From the NCBI GenBank assembly GCA_015233145.1, contig JADFYI010000005.1:16872-80871 (forward strand): a DNA stretch of 64,000 nucleotides, read 5' to 3'. The notes beneath the pieces are model-generated. The model worked only from the letters and a program-made list of their open reading frames with translations. It did not search any database and was not told the origin of the DNA. This stretch comes from Candidatus Omnitrophota bacterium. GTDB lineage: Bacteria; Omnitrophota; Gorgyraeia; Zapsychrales; Fredricksoniimonadaceae. A program made the position numbers and the translations under genes. The stretch's first letter is position 1. Each line of letters opens with the position of its first letter. Shown here one piece after another: positions 36,930 through 46,734 of this stretch.

Positions 36930-37805
36930 GTGGTAATTTATCCCGAGATTCCGGCAACGTTATTGCCGCTTTTTAAATATTTTAAGCTCAAGGCCTCTGA
37001 CCAGACGGGGCAAATATTGAAAGAATTTATCACGTTAGAAAATTGGCCTAAAAAAGGTTTTGAATTTTCCAGTGATTCAGCTGAGGAAAAGGGAAGGGCG
37101 TATCTTCGCGCCGCGTTTTCGTGTTTAAAGCGCGAAGAAATTTTGAGGCTGTTTTCTCATACAAAATTTCGCGCGTCAGACCTTGACGGGCTTATGTTCG
37201 AGAATTCTGTTGATCCATGCTTTGGCATGGGGATCGCCGATTACAAAGACACAAAAGAGGATGCCCGCTTCAAGCTCTACAGTGTTTATCTTGATGCACA
37301 AAAAAAAGTGGACCAGGTAAAACACATACATGATGTCTGTAAAAGGATCGGTCTTGATTTTTCTCTGGTAGGCAAGGACCTTGATTCTTTTAAGGAGATG
37401 CGGGCCTGCTCTGTGGACCTTTATGACAATGGCGTTACGGGATTAAAATTATATACCCCGTTTCTTCAGACAGAGGATATTTTGGGCCAGTATAGCTCAG
37501 TATTTGACAAATCCACATTGCACAAGTATGAAAAATTACTGCACACGGGGATTCTTCCGGAAACTTTTTTGTTTTGTATTAGGTACGGCCATTCGCTGAG
37601 GTCGGCTCGTACCGATTTTTCCTACAGGACAACGCAGGTGGCTCCTTATTTGCAGGCATTTGATTTAAGCGGAGCAGCCACCCGGTTATATCAGGAATTA
37701 TTAATGGTTATTCCGACAATAAGGCTGGCCTATATTAGTATGGATTTGGATAAAAGACTGAGAACTCAATTCTATTTTGAAGGGACGCCGCAGACCAGTG
37801 ATTAA
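36930..37805 (+). CDS. Hypothetical protein; possible ABBA-type (PatF/Orf2-like) prenyltransferase fold
   Basis: Four spaced strand motifs of the form D-x(n)-[RK]-x-[KQ]-x-Y: GIADYKDTKEDARFKLYSVY, SVDLYDNGVTGLKLYTPF, RTDFSYRT, SMDLDKRLRTQFYFEG. GTG start. Confidence 0.3.
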   Translation: MVIYPEIPATLLPLFKYFKLKASDQTGQILKEFITLENWPKKGFEFSSDSAEEKGRAYLRAAFSCLKREEILRLFSHTKFRASDLDGLMFENSVDPCFGMGIADYKDTKEDARFKLYSVYLDAQKKVDQVKHIHDVCKRIGLDFSLVGKDLDSFKEMRACSVDLYDNGVTGLKLYTPFLQTEDILGQYSSVFDKSTLHKYEKLLHTGILPETFLFCIRYGHSLRSARTDFSYRTTQVAPYLQAFDLSGAATRLYQELLMVIPTIRLAYISMDLDKRLRTQFYFEGTPQTSD

Positions 37806-38748
37806 TCTTGAATTGACCAATTATTGTAATTTTTCGTGTGAATATTGCCCTTCCCGCTGGATGACAAGAAAAAAGGGGAAAATGAGCTATCGCCTGGCCG
37901 TTAAGATTATCCGGGAATTAGCAGGGCAGGGCACGGAGAGTGTGATGACTTTTCATGTGATGGGAGAGCCCTTGTTGCATCCTGACTTTGAGAAAATATT
38001 ACGTTTTGCCAAACAAAAAGGATTGACGACTGTTTTGGTTACCAATGGCAGTCTTTTGCCCCGGGCTTTCACCGCCAGGATTAGACCGTATTTAGATTGC
38101 CTTATTATCAGCGTGACTTCAGATTCGAAACAGGTTCATGAGAGGAGAAAATCAGGGATCAGTCTTGAACATTACCGTTTGATTGTCAAGGAGGCGGTGG
38201 CCGGGCTTCTGGGCTCCTCAACGCATGTCCTTTTGTTATATCTTGATCAGTTGTCATCGCGGTCAGGAAAATCCGGGCAAGAAAAGATCGCCGGGGGGTG
38301 GCGGGAATTTCTTGTAAAAGAAAGAAGAGACTCTCCTAAGAAAAGTAAAGCCCCGGGTCGATCAAAAATGCTATTTATTAATCAATGGAAAAAAAGCCGC
38401 AGGGCGCAGACCTTTAAGTTGTTTTCTAATGTGGAGGCTGTATTTTTACCGGTATCTTTTTCCTGGGCTGGCCTCTATTCCGGATCTGGAAAACATCAAG
38501 CAGGGCATTGCCCGGATTTCTTAGAAACGCTCAGTATTTTATGGGATGGAAAAGTAACGATTTGCTGCGGAGATTATGATGGCCGCATGGCTTTGGGAAA
38601 TGTCACAAAAAGTTCGCTTAAAGACGTGCTTCAAGGCAATCAGGCATTGATTCAGAAGATGGCAAGCCTTAACAAGAAGAATTTATTATACGCTAGGGTC
38701 TGTCAAGGGTGTTTTAGCCCTTCTCAAGGCAGGAAGGGGGCGCTGTAG
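37777..38748 (+). CDS. Radical SAM/SPASM-domain protein
   Basis: LTNYCNFSCEYC, VMGEPLLH, VTNGSLL. SPASM-like CPDF...WDGKVTICCGDYDGRMALGNV...CQGC. Confidence 0.8.
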   Translation: MKGRRRPVINLELTNYCNFSCEYCPSRWMTRKKGKMSYRLAVKIIRELAGQGTESVMTFHVMGEPLLHPDFEKILRFAKQKGLTTVLVTNGSLLPRAFTARIRPYLDCLIISVTSDSKQVHERRKSGISLEHYRLIVKEAVAGLLGSSTHVLLLYLDQLSSRSGKSGQEKIAGGWREFLVKERRDSPKKSKAPGRSKMLFINQWKKSRRAQTFKLFSNVEAVFLPVSFSWAGLYSGSGKHQAGHCPDFLETLSILWDGKVTICCGDYDGRMALGNVTKSSLKDVLQGNQALIQKMASLNKKNLLYARVCQGCFSPSQGRKGAL

Positions 38749-40169
38749 TGTTCGTTAGTTTGCGCATGGATGATCCTGTTCAATCGATAGGCCATTCGTT
38801 TAAGTTTGATGCTGTGGGCAAGGATGTTGCGGTCTTTATTCTTGATCCTCGGGGGTTGCCTTTAGGGTTGGATGCCAAAGAGGTTTTGAAACTTTACCGT
38901 GAATATGGATTGAAAGCCCTGCCATTGATATGCCGTAATTATGCCGTGGCCCTGTGTGATTTTCGAAAAAAAAGGTTTGTTCTGGCGGTTGATCAGATCG
39001 GGCATGCCACATTTTATTATAAGGTCATCGGCGATAAATTTTTTGCGGCATTAGATTTAAAAGCGTTATGCCAAGAATATTTGCCGGAAGTCAGCCGCGA
39101 AGCCTTAAAGATGTATTTTTCTTGCGGCTTTATTCCGGGTCGTAAAACAATATTTGAAGGCATCCAAAAGATTGCTCCCGGTGAATATTTATCTATTGAG
39201 AATGGACGAATGATTGTTGCGCAGTATGTTGTCCCTGATATACGCCCTGTGCGTAGCGGTAAAAAGGAATCAGGAGAGAATTTGCGCAGGGGGTTAATGC
39301 GTTCCATGGAGGCGACTCAGGGGGTTCCCGTGGGGGTGATGTTTAGCGGAGGTTTTGATTCGTCTTTGTTATGCCACCTGGCACAGCAGTATAACCGGAA
39401 ATTAAAGGCCTACACGGTGAGTGTTCAAGGATATAATCAAGAGACTATCTTTCAGGCCCGGCAGGCAGCGGGTTTTTTGGGTGTTCGCCATGAGGTTGTT
39501 GAGATAAAAATGAAGCAGTATGTTTCGGCATTCTCTTCGGTCTTTGAAAAATTGAATGAGCCGGCTTTTTTACCTTATCTGGCGGTAGCTCATGCTGCTT
39601 TTTCAGGGATACCTCAAGGTGTGAAATTTCTATTCTCAGGGATGGGCAGTGATGAGTTGTTGGGCAACAGATTTTCAAAATCCAGAGGTTTTCTTAAGAA
39701 TATTATGTCTTTCAAGGAGTATCATTCGCTGAGGAATTTGAATAATGGCGAACGAGTGGCCTGGTCTTTGTACGCGAGGGTTGCTGCCAGCCTTCGGTCT
39801 TACCATCGGCTTTCTCAAGGAGCTGGCCGGCACATTGTTTTTCCTTTTTTGGATTCCGGGGTTATGGAGGTTGTTCAAAAAATACCCGGGTCATGTCGTC
39901 AGGATAAAAAACTTTTACGGTCATTGGCGCCCGATTTAGATGCGTTCTTTTTGCTTTCTCCCCGCAGGGATGCGGAGCAATTGTCGCCAGTCTTGACCGG
40001 CGCCATTGCCGGGTTTTATCGTGAGAAAATAAGGGAGAACAGGGCGTTGGCATCATTGTTTGGAGAGAAAAGAATGAAGGAGCTTTCGCGCGCCGGTGCC
40101 AGGGAAGATATCCTCAAGTGCGCTGTCTTTGATTTATGGTCCAGAAAAAATTTTCCTGGTTTGGCCTAG
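38748..40169 (+). CDS. Asparagine-synthetase-like adenylating enzyme without the N-terminal Cys nucleophile
   Basis: PP-loop VMFSGGFDSSLL and GMGSDELLG. The N-terminus MFVSLRMDD lacks the MCG glutaminase start. GTG start overlaps the upstream stop (TAGTG). Confidence 0.7.
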   Translation: MFVSLRMDDPVQSIGHSFKFDAVGKDVAVFILDPRGLPLGLDAKEVLKLYREYGLKALPLICRNYAVALCDFRKKRFVLAVDQIGHATFYYKVIGDKFFAALDLKALCQEYLPEVSREALKMYFSCGFIPGRKTIFEGIQKIAPGEYLSIENGRMIVAQYVVPDIRPVRSGKKESGENLRRGLMRSMEATQGVPVGVMFSGGFDSSLLCHLAQQYNRKLKAYTVSVQGYNQETIFQARQAAGFLGVRHEVVEIKMKQYVSAFSSVFEKLNEPAFLPYLAVAHAAFSGIPQGVKFLFSGMGSDELLGNRFSKSRGFLKNIMSFKEYHSLRNLNNGERVAWSLYARVAASLRSYHRLSQGAGRHIVFPFLDSGVMEVVQKIPGSCRQDKKLLRSLAPDLDAFFLLSPRRDAEQLSPVLTGAIAGFYREKIRENRALASLFGEKRMKELSRAGAREDILKCAVFDLWSRKNFPGLA

Positions 40170-40216
40170 GAACTGCTGGTCAGGCGGCAGTAGTTTATTA
40201 AAAAATTAAGACCGGA

Positions 40217-41164
40217 TTGGATGGTATGGTTGCCCAAAAAAAACAGCGTGTTTTAGTCGTGGGGTGCGGCTGCCTGGGGAAGTGGATGGCGGCGCATTTT
40301 TCTAAAGGGACGCAAGTTTTTTGTTACGAATCCAACAAGGGCATTGTGCGCTCTGTTACAAGGAAAGGCCTTTTCCTGATTGAGAACCAACAGAAACAAA
40401 GAGCCAGGGTCAGTATTACGGATAGGCTGGAGCGGTATTCAGGCTGTTTTTTTGATTTGATAATTTTTTCAACAAAATGCTTTGATGTTTTAAAGGCGAT
40501 AAAACAGGTTTCAAAACACGTTAAGGCAGACGGGGTGCTTTTTTTACAGAATGGCAGTTTCCCTTTGGATCAGGCGAAAAAGGCATTTAAAGGCTCAAGT
40601 ATTTTTCGAGGCGTGACAACATCTGCCATAACATCGCGAGGCGATGCGGGCGCGGAAGTTTTTTTTCACGGGAAATTGTACTGGGGGAGTTATGGCAAGC
40701 CATTGAAGAGCGGTTTTGACTTATCACGGGCTTTAAAGAGTGCCGGTATTGATGCGCGTGAAGCCAGTGATTACCGGGGTGCCTTGTGGGCAAAACTTAT
40801 TTTTAGCGCGGTGATGAACCCGTTGCCGCTTTTGACCGTGGCCGATTACAGCATTTTACAGAAAGATGACAAGGTTTATTCTTTTGTAACTCAGGCCATA
40901 GATGAAGGAAAAAAAGTGGCCCGGGCCAGGGGCATCACCCTGGCATTTGATCCTATGACTATTGTACGGAAATTACGGAGAGGGAAACTGGGCCAGTTTC
41001 ACCACAAGGGTTCCATGTATTATGACTTTATCGAAGGCCGCAGGACAGAACTGAATGACATTACGGGTGAGCTTGTGCAATGTGCCCGTAGGGCCGGGAT
41101 TATGGCGCCGGCGCTGGAAACGATTTATACTTTAACTGCAGCGAAGGAAGCTGGCCGTCTTTAA
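40217..41164 (+). CDS. 2-dehydropantoate 2-reductase (ApbA/PanE) family oxidoreductase
   Basis: VLVVGCGCLGKWMA Rossmann motif. ALWAKLIFSAVMNPL and ELNDITGELV in the C-domain. Confidence 0.6.
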   Translation: MDGMVAQKKQRVLVVGCGCLGKWMAAHFSKGTQVFCYESNKGIVRSVTRKGLFLIENQQKQRARVSITDRLERYSGCFFDLIIFSTKCFDVLKAIKQVSKHVKADGVLFLQNGSFPLDQAKKAFKGSSIFRGVTTSAITSRGDAGAEVFFHGKLYWGSYGKPLKSGFDLSRALKSAGIDAREASDYRGALWAKLIFSAVMNPLPLLTVADYSILQKDDKVYSFVTQAIDEGKKVARARGITLAFDPMTIVRKLRRGKLGQFHHKGSMYYDFIEGRRTELNDITGELVQCARRAGIMAPALETIYTLTAAKEAGRL

Positions 41165-41218
41165 GAGCGCTGAATTCTTTGGAAAGCGCGATTTATTAAT
41201 TTTTTTTGGAGCAGGTTT

Positions 41219-42397
41219 GTGCTTAAGAAGGAAAAAGAAATCTTTGAGAAAGTCTCCCGGTTGCTTTCGCATTTCCGCAGGTTTGATAAGCGGTATCAGG
41301 GGATAAAATTACCTCTAAAAACATGGCAGGATTTTAGGGCTGTTTCCATCGTATCCAAGGAGGATCTTCGGGGTTATTCGGTGTGCAAGCCTTTTAACAT
41401 AACGGCGACATCGGGCTCTACAGCAACCCGTCTTTTGATTGCCCATTCCAGGGGGTGTTATCAGGCGCATATCCACAGGCTTGTCACGCTTTATCAAAGT
41501 GTCGGCATTTCTCAGGATGACCTTTGCCTGAATTTGTGTTCCTACAGCCTTAATAGCGGTGGACGTATGATGGAGGCGGCTTATAAGGCCGCTGGAGCAG
41601 GGGTTATTCCGTTGGGGGTTTTGGATTCTGGTGCCAAAACCCGGGAGGCTGTGGATTTTGTTCGAGAACTGCGTCCGACAGTCGTCAATTCTTATACCAA
41701 TCAGTTGTTTGATTTTTTTTCCCTTTTGGGGCGCAGGCATTCTATCCGCATGGCTATTGTGAATGGAGAGCCTTTGACAAAGCCTTTTAAGGCCAGGATC
41801 GAGGCAATGTCGGGAGTGAAAGTTTACAATCATTACGGCGCCATGGAATTCTCCGGCTTTGCAGTGGCCCAAAAGCATACGGATGAGTATATGAAAGTTT
41901 TTGATAATGGGCTTTTTATTGAAGTGCTTCGCGATGACGGCACGGTATCATCGACAGGAGAAGGGGCTGTTTTGATAACGGATTTAGGAAACACATCAAT
42001 GCCGTTTATCCGTTACAAGCTGGGAGACAAAGTTGAGGTGAGAGCCCGCCGAGACGGAATGTATGTCAAGGTTTTGGGAAGGCTGGCAGATTCAGTTTTG
42101 ATTGACGGGGAAGTTTATTCAATTTCTGAAATAGCTGCCCAGGGGCAAAAGGGCCTCAAGCACCCGCATTTCTTTTTTGTAATCAATAAAGATCAGGGGA
42201 CTTACGCTGATAAAGTTATTTTGAATTTGCCGGGTTCTGATATGCCGCGTTTCAACGAGATCAAGTCTTTATTCAAGAAGAGTTTTTCCTTTGGAAATAG
42301 TTTAGATATCCGTTCATATCAAGGGGAGTTTCCTAAAACGACAACAGGTAAGTTCAGACATGTCATTGATTCCCGAAAGAATTCTGAGAAGGCCTAA
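41219..42397 (+). CDS. PaaK/CapK/F390-synthetase-like adenylate-forming ligase
   Basis: TATSGSTATRL (TSGTTG-like), NHYGAMEF, and a C-terminal TTTGKFRHVIDSR lysine motif. Confidence 0.6.
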   Translation: MLKKEKEIFEKVSRLLSHFRRFDKRYQGIKLPLKTWQDFRAVSIVSKEDLRGYSVCKPFNITATSGSTATRLLIAHSRGCYQAHIHRLVTLYQSVGISQDDLCLNLCSYSLNSGGRMMEAAYKAAGAGVIPLGVLDSGAKTREAVDFVRELRPTVVNSYTNQLFDFFSLLGRRHSIRMAIVNGEPLTKPFKARIEAMSGVKVYNHYGAMEFSGFAVAQKHTDEYMKVFDNGLFIEVLRDDGTVSSTGEGAVLITDLGNTSMPFIRYKLGDKVEVRARRDGMYVKVLGRLADSVLIDGEVYSISEIAAQGQKGLKHPHFFFVINKDQGTYADKVILNLPGSDMPRFNEIKSLFKKSFSFGNSLDIRSYQGEFPKTTTGKFRHVIDSRKNSEKA

Positions 42398-43385
42398 TAT
42401 TCATACGGCGTTTATTTATTTGACAGAGAAGTGCAGCCTGAAGTGTGCCTACTGTTATTTTAAGAAAAAAAAGGATCGGGACAATTCTCTTAAGAGCGTT
42501 GAATCGTTTCTTGATTTTCTGATTAAATATGAATTCTTCCCTCAGAAGTTTGAAATCAGCGGCGGGGAGCCTTTATTGCGTTGGGAAAATCTTAAGGCCG
42601 TTGTGCAGACTATTGAAAAACGGTTTCTCCAAAAAAGTGTCAGCATCCAGACAAACGGCCTTTTTTTAACCAAAGACAAGGTTCGTTTCATCAAGAAACA
42701 TCGGGTTTTTCTGGAGATCGGCATTGATGGGGATAGCGCTACGACTATGCAATGGAGGAAAGGGATAAATAGCCGAAGTTTTAGCCAGCTTATACATAAT
42801 ATCCAACATTGTGTTAAAGAAGGTGTTCCCGTGGGTTGTAACATGACAGTTCATCCAAAGGCCGCCGGACAGCTTGTGCAAAATTTCAGCTTTTTGATGT
42901 TGCTGGGCGTGTCACATGTTGATGTCACGCCTGCGGCGTTTATGCGATGGGATGAGCGGGCCAGGACGGTTTTTAAAGAGCAATACGACCAATTGATGAA
43001 ACTCCATACGGGCTGGAAAAGAATTTACATGGGGGAGGACAGGGAATTTATTGCGGATTCTCTTATGGACATCAGTTTTCATCCCTCGGGGCATGTTTTG
43101 TGCGGCGACGCCTATCTTTGTTTACCGGAGAAGCAAAAGCAGAAGTATAGCCTTTGGAACCACCAAACAGCCTGCCTTCGCCCAGAAGTTATGAATTTTT
43201 TTATGGGAGCATACAGGACACTCAGGTCAAAGCTCGGGAAAAGGCCGTACACACACCGTGATTATGTGTGTTCTAGTTTTCAAATCGTGAATGAACTGGT
43301 AGGCGGGGAATACCTGAATACAAACGAAATCATTCCTTTAATGCTTTTTTTAACCAGGACCCACTTAAAAGCGATGCGCCCATGA
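42360..43385 (+). CDS. Radical SAM protein (AslB/anSME-like N-terminus), paralogue of 48481-49548
   Basis: FIYLTEKCSLKCAYCYF, ISGGEPLLRWE, SIQTNG, LEIGIDGDSATT. Confidence 0.8.
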   Translation: MSLIPERILRRPNIHTAFIYLTEKCSLKCAYCYFKKKKDRDNSLKSVESFLDFLIKYEFFPQKFEISGGEPLLRWENLKAVVQTIEKRFLQKSVSIQTNGLFLTKDKVRFIKKHRVFLEIGIDGDSATTMQWRKGINSRSFSQLIHNIQHCVKEGVPVGCNMTVHPKAAGQLVQNFSFLMLLGVSHVDVTPAAFMRWDERARTVFKEQYDQLMKLHTGWKRIYMGEDREFIADSLMDISFHPSGHVLCGDAYLCLPEKQKQKYSLWNHQTACLRPEVMNFFMGAYRTLRSKLGKRPYTHRDYVCSSFQIVNELVGGEYLNTNEIIPLMLFLTRTHLKAMRP

Positions 43386-44248
43386 AGAAACCCCACCCCC
43401 ACATCCTGACGGCTCGAGAGGCCCTCCAAGCCTATGGCGGGCATGTTAAATATTTTGAATCTACTGAAAAATTGAGCGATCTTCTTAAGTTGTCCGGTAA
43501 AAAAGCCAATAATATTTTAGCTTGTTGCGCCAGCGGTGATCAGGCGCTCACATTATTAGGCGCCTTAAAGGTCTCTGGTTTTTTATATGCTTTTGATGCC
43601 AACCCGGCACAGCTGTTCCTTTTGGCTGGAAAGGCTCTTTTTCTCGCTGATCAAAAAAAGTCTCCATTTGTTTCTTCTTTTGAGGATTTGGAGGCTAAAT
43701 ATCCAGGGGTTATTTCACGACTGCCAGCGGATTTGAGGCGGGTGGATAAACTTTATAATATTAGTAAGAAGAAATTCCAATTGATGCCTGAAGCATTCCA
43801 TCAGAAGTTTATTTTTCAATCTGACAATGGGATGTATTCCTCTCGTCCGCCTTTTTGGAGTAATGACAAGAAGTTTACGTCTGGCATTAAGGCGAACATT
43901 CATAAGTTGCGTTTTTTGCATTCTGACCTGTTTTATGTTGATCAATGGTTTGGCAGGAATTCTTTGGATTTAATTTATTTATCCGATATTTCGTTGATGG
44001 CCGTAACGCCGTTTTATATGACAAAGATTTCCTCTCTAGTGTCTCTTTTAACTTCCGAAGGAATAATTTTAGGCCACAGCGATAACGGGGAACAATATCT
44101 TTCGCAGGGGCAGAGTGTTATTGATGTATTGAGAAAAAAGTCAAAGATACTGGGCTTGGAAGTTTTTGGAAATCGGGGTAATCTTTGGGGCTTAAGAAAG
44201 AAGAAGAATGCTGTTCTGGCAAAAAAAGGAATGCACGGCCATGATTAA
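43382..44248 (+). CDS. DUF3419/BtaA-like SAM-dependent transferase-fold protein
   Basis: ILACCASGDQALTLLG....LYAFDANPAQLFLLAGKALFL and LIYLSDISLM match the recalled DUF3419 pattern (ItSaGcNaL...avDlNpaQ..L..LK; nLSnI). Confidence 0.45.
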   Translation: MKKPHPHILTAREALQAYGGHVKYFESTEKLSDLLKLSGKKANNILACCASGDQALTLLGALKVSGFLYAFDANPAQLFLLAGKALFLADQKKSPFVSSFEDLEAKYPGVISRLPADLRRVDKLYNISKKKFQLMPEAFHQKFIFQSDNGMYSSRPPFWSNDKKFTSGIKANIHKLRFLHSDLFYVDQWFGRNSLDLIYLSDISLMAVTPFYMTKISSLVSLLTSEGIILGHSDNGEQYLSQGQSVIDVLRKKSKILGLEVFGNRGNLWGLRKKKNAVLAKKGMHGHD

Positions 44249-45632
44249 GACGTCGAAAAAGACGGCGATTCTTCAGATCATCCCCAATCATAATTCCCTT
44301 TTGCCTCAAAGCCTGGTCAGGGCCCTTGTGTCCTTAAAGCATTATGGCGTTGACCATGTTTTATATAATATTGAGGCCACAGAAGAAAAAGATTTCGCAA
44401 TGGCCTTGGAAAGGCTTCTTCAGGGGATTAAAGAAGAGAAGGTGGTTGTTTCTTTGTCTTGCCATAATAATTATCACAAGATTGTGAGTTTTTTATTTTT
44501 TTACCTGTATTTGCCGCTGTTAAAAGGAAAAGAAGTCCATATTTGTTCTCCTTATTTATCTTTTTACGATATCAAGCAGCTTAAGTCGAAGAATTTGCAT
44601 TTTCATTTCCTGGAGATTGATGAATTTGTGAATGGTTTTTTTGGTCTTTTGCCATTAAATGAAGGCCTTTTTTTGAAGTCAGCACCCCAGGTTATCAAAA
44701 ATCATGGGTATGATAATTACAAATATTGGTCTTATTTGACTTTTGGCTGCAAGTTTTCCTGCACATTTTGCTACAACCGTTCCCTCAGGAAAGGGGACCC
44801 TTGCCTGATTTACGGGAATCCTGAAAGAATTATTTTATGGATGCGGTTTGCCCAGTCGATGGGGGTAAAAAACTTTGAGTTTTCAGACCCCAATTTTTTA
44901 TCAGACAAGGAATTTACCTTGGCCTTTTTGGCGCGACTTAAGAAAGAATCGCTTAAATTATCGTGGAGATGCAAGATCCGCCTGGATCATGTCAATGAGG
45001 ACATTTATGAAAAGATGATCGCTGCCGGATGCGGGAAAACTTATTTTGGAGTGGAACATGTTTCTCCCCAAGTCCTCAAAAGTGCCCACAAACAGGAGGA
45101 TGTGCTTCCTCTTTTAGTTGGTTTTTTAAAATATTGGAAGCAAAAGACCATCCTGGAATTGTCTTTTATGATGGGAATTAAGGGAGAAACGCCAGCGCTC
45201 CTTCAACAGAACCTGGCGCTTATTTCCAAATTTTCGAAGATGCCCAGGATTTCAACAATCCTTGCCTATACCATTCTTTTTAACGAGCAAAGAAGGAAGG
45301 GGGCGCAGGAAAATTACTTAATCCCCCTTTTATTTTCACTCAATTATTTGCACGGCAAAAAAGATGTCAGTCCGGAATTTTTCAGGAAATTATTGTTTTT
45401 TTGCCGGAAAAACGAATTTTTTAATTTTTTCTTTTTGACGGAAAACACCCAAAGCCTTGAGCTTTTTAAGGAGATGAAAAGATTTTATCAGGCCAATCCT
45501 AAAGAGCCGGCTATTGAGTCGTATAGAAACATGTTTCTTTTTGAAGGGGGAGCGTTTGCGGATATGATTGAGTCTGCAGGGTCTTTGGATGGTTTGAATC
45601 GCGATGTCTTGGGGAAGCTTCAGAATAATTAA
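44241..45632 (+). CDS. Radical SAM protein with ~170-aa N-terminal (B12-binding-like?) domain
   Basis: YLTFGCKFSCTFCYN, typical of class-B-style enzymes. No clear cobalamin motif seen. ATG 44241 overlaps the upstream stop; the track start is 44208. Confidence 0.65.
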   Translation: MIKTSKKTAILQIIPNHNSLLPQSLVRALVSLKHYGVDHVLYNIEATEEKDFAMALERLLQGIKEEKVVVSLSCHNNYHKIVSFLFFYLYLPLLKGKEVHICSPYLSFYDIKQLKSKNLHFHFLEIDEFVNGFFGLLPLNEGLFLKSAPQVIKNHGYDNYKYWSYLTFGCKFSCTFCYNRSLRKGDPCLIYGNPERIILWMRFAQSMGVKNFEFSDPNFLSDKEFTLAFLARLKKESLKLSWRCKIRLDHVNEDIYEKMIAAGCGKTYFGVEHVSPQVLKSAHKQEDVLPLLVGFLKYWKQKTILELSFMMGIKGETPALLQQNLALISKFSKMPRISTILAYTILFNEQRRKGAQENYLIPLLFSLNYLHGKKDVSPEFFRKLLFFCRKNEFFNFFFLTENTQSLELFKEMKRFYQANPKEPAIESYRNMFLFEGGAFADMIESAGSLDGLNRDVLGKLQNN

Positions 45633-46722
45633 GAAAGATCAAGCTGTGGTAAAAAAGTTTCTCATTATCATGAGCGACAGGATGGGGGATATGCTAATGA
45701 CCACCCCTGTCCTGCGCAAACTAAGAAAATCTTATCCCGGATGCCGTGTGGATCTTTTGACATCCTGGCGCAGGAAACAAATCATAGAGGGCAATAAATA
45801 CATTGACCGTGTTTATATTTATCAAAAGTTTTCCGATGCCTTGCTTGAAAAACGCTGGATCACGGCTTTAAAAGCTTTTTGGATCCGTCAAAACTATACG
45901 GCATGCCTTGTTTTTTCAGCCTCTGAAGAGCAGCACCGGTTGGCCTTTGAAGCAGGAGGAAAAAAGTGTTTAAAGACAGGCTTTGCTTTTTCAAACACGC
46001 CCTGGCTGGATAAGACCGTTCTGCCTGACCGCAGCGTCCATGATATTGTGAATAAATTATCCCTTTTGCGTGAGGCCTTGGGGCTCAAGATTTCAGCGCG
46101 TGATTATGATATGGATTTTGTGATTGCCAGGGGCGCCGCAATACGTATAAAGAAATATTTAAAAAGCCAGGGGATCTCTTCCGGAGGGAAATATTTTGTT
46201 ATTCATCCCGGGTGTTCTTCGGATTTTCCTTTTAGAAGGTGGTCGACAAAAGGGTATATTGAAATAGCCCAATTCTTGAGAAAACAGGGATTTAAAGTTT
46301 TTGTGACCGGCCAGGGTGAGGAATGGGTTTATGCAAACCAGATTATGCTGGGAGGCCAGCCAGGGGCGCAATTATTTGTTGATAGGCCCATCCATGAGCT
46401 TGCCGCTTTAATCAAGGGGGCGCGGGGGCTTTTATGCGCGGACACAGGGATATTGCATTTGAGCCGGGCGCTTAAGACTCCAGTTGTCAGCCTTTTTGGC
46501 CCCACCACATCAGTGGAAACCGGATGCGTGGGCCAGGGGATTTATAAAATGATTCAAGCCAAGGGCGACTGCCCTGCATGTTTTGCCGTTGTTAAAGGGG
46601 AATTTACATTTAAGAGAGTTTGTACGAACCTTTATCCTCCGGCGCCATGCATGGCGTCTATTACGCCGGGGCAAGTCAAGGAAGCAATACAGCAAATTCT
46701 CGTGGCCAGAGGTTCCGCATGA
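45604..46722 (+). CDS. Glycosyltransferase family 9 (heptosyltransferase-like)
   Basis: KKFLIIMSDRMGDMLMTTPVLRKLRKSYPGCRVDLL and CADTGILHLSRALKTPVVSLFGPT. Confidence 0.75.
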   Translation: MSWGSFRIIKKDQAVVKKFLIIMSDRMGDMLMTTPVLRKLRKSYPGCRVDLLTSWRRKQIIEGNKYIDRVYIYQKFSDALLEKRWITALKAFWIRQNYTACLVFSASEEQHRLAFEAGGKKCLKTGFAFSNTPWLDKTVLPDRSVHDIVNKLSLLREALGLKISARDYDMDFVIARGAAIRIKKYLKSQGISSGGKYFVIHPGCSSDFPFRRWSTKGYIEIAQFLRKQGFKVFVTGQGEEWVYANQIMLGGQPGAQLFVDRPIHELAALIKGARGLLCADTGILHLSRALKTPVVSLFGPTTSVETGCVGQGIYKMIQAKGDCPACFAVVKGEFTFKRVCTNLYPPAPCMASITPGQVKEAIQQILVARGSA

Positions 46723-46734
46723 ATTTTTATCAGG

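Noticed and set aside
36901-36936. 11-codon mini-ORF (MGPVIVREVLW) upstream of the ABBA-like gene
   Set aside because: It has no RBS, overlaps the GTG start region and has no features suggesting a leader peptide.
38748-40169. Lasso-peptide cluster interpretation of the AsnB-like gene
   Set aside because: There is no transglutaminase-like leader protease (B protein), no RRE/PqqD-like ORF and no short precursor next to it. The evidence is insufficient.
41315-41878. 187-aa antisense ORF inside the PaaK-like ligase gene
   Set aside because: The sense frame carries adenylate-forming motifs. The antisense ORF is Arg/Gly/Pro-rich shadow sequence.
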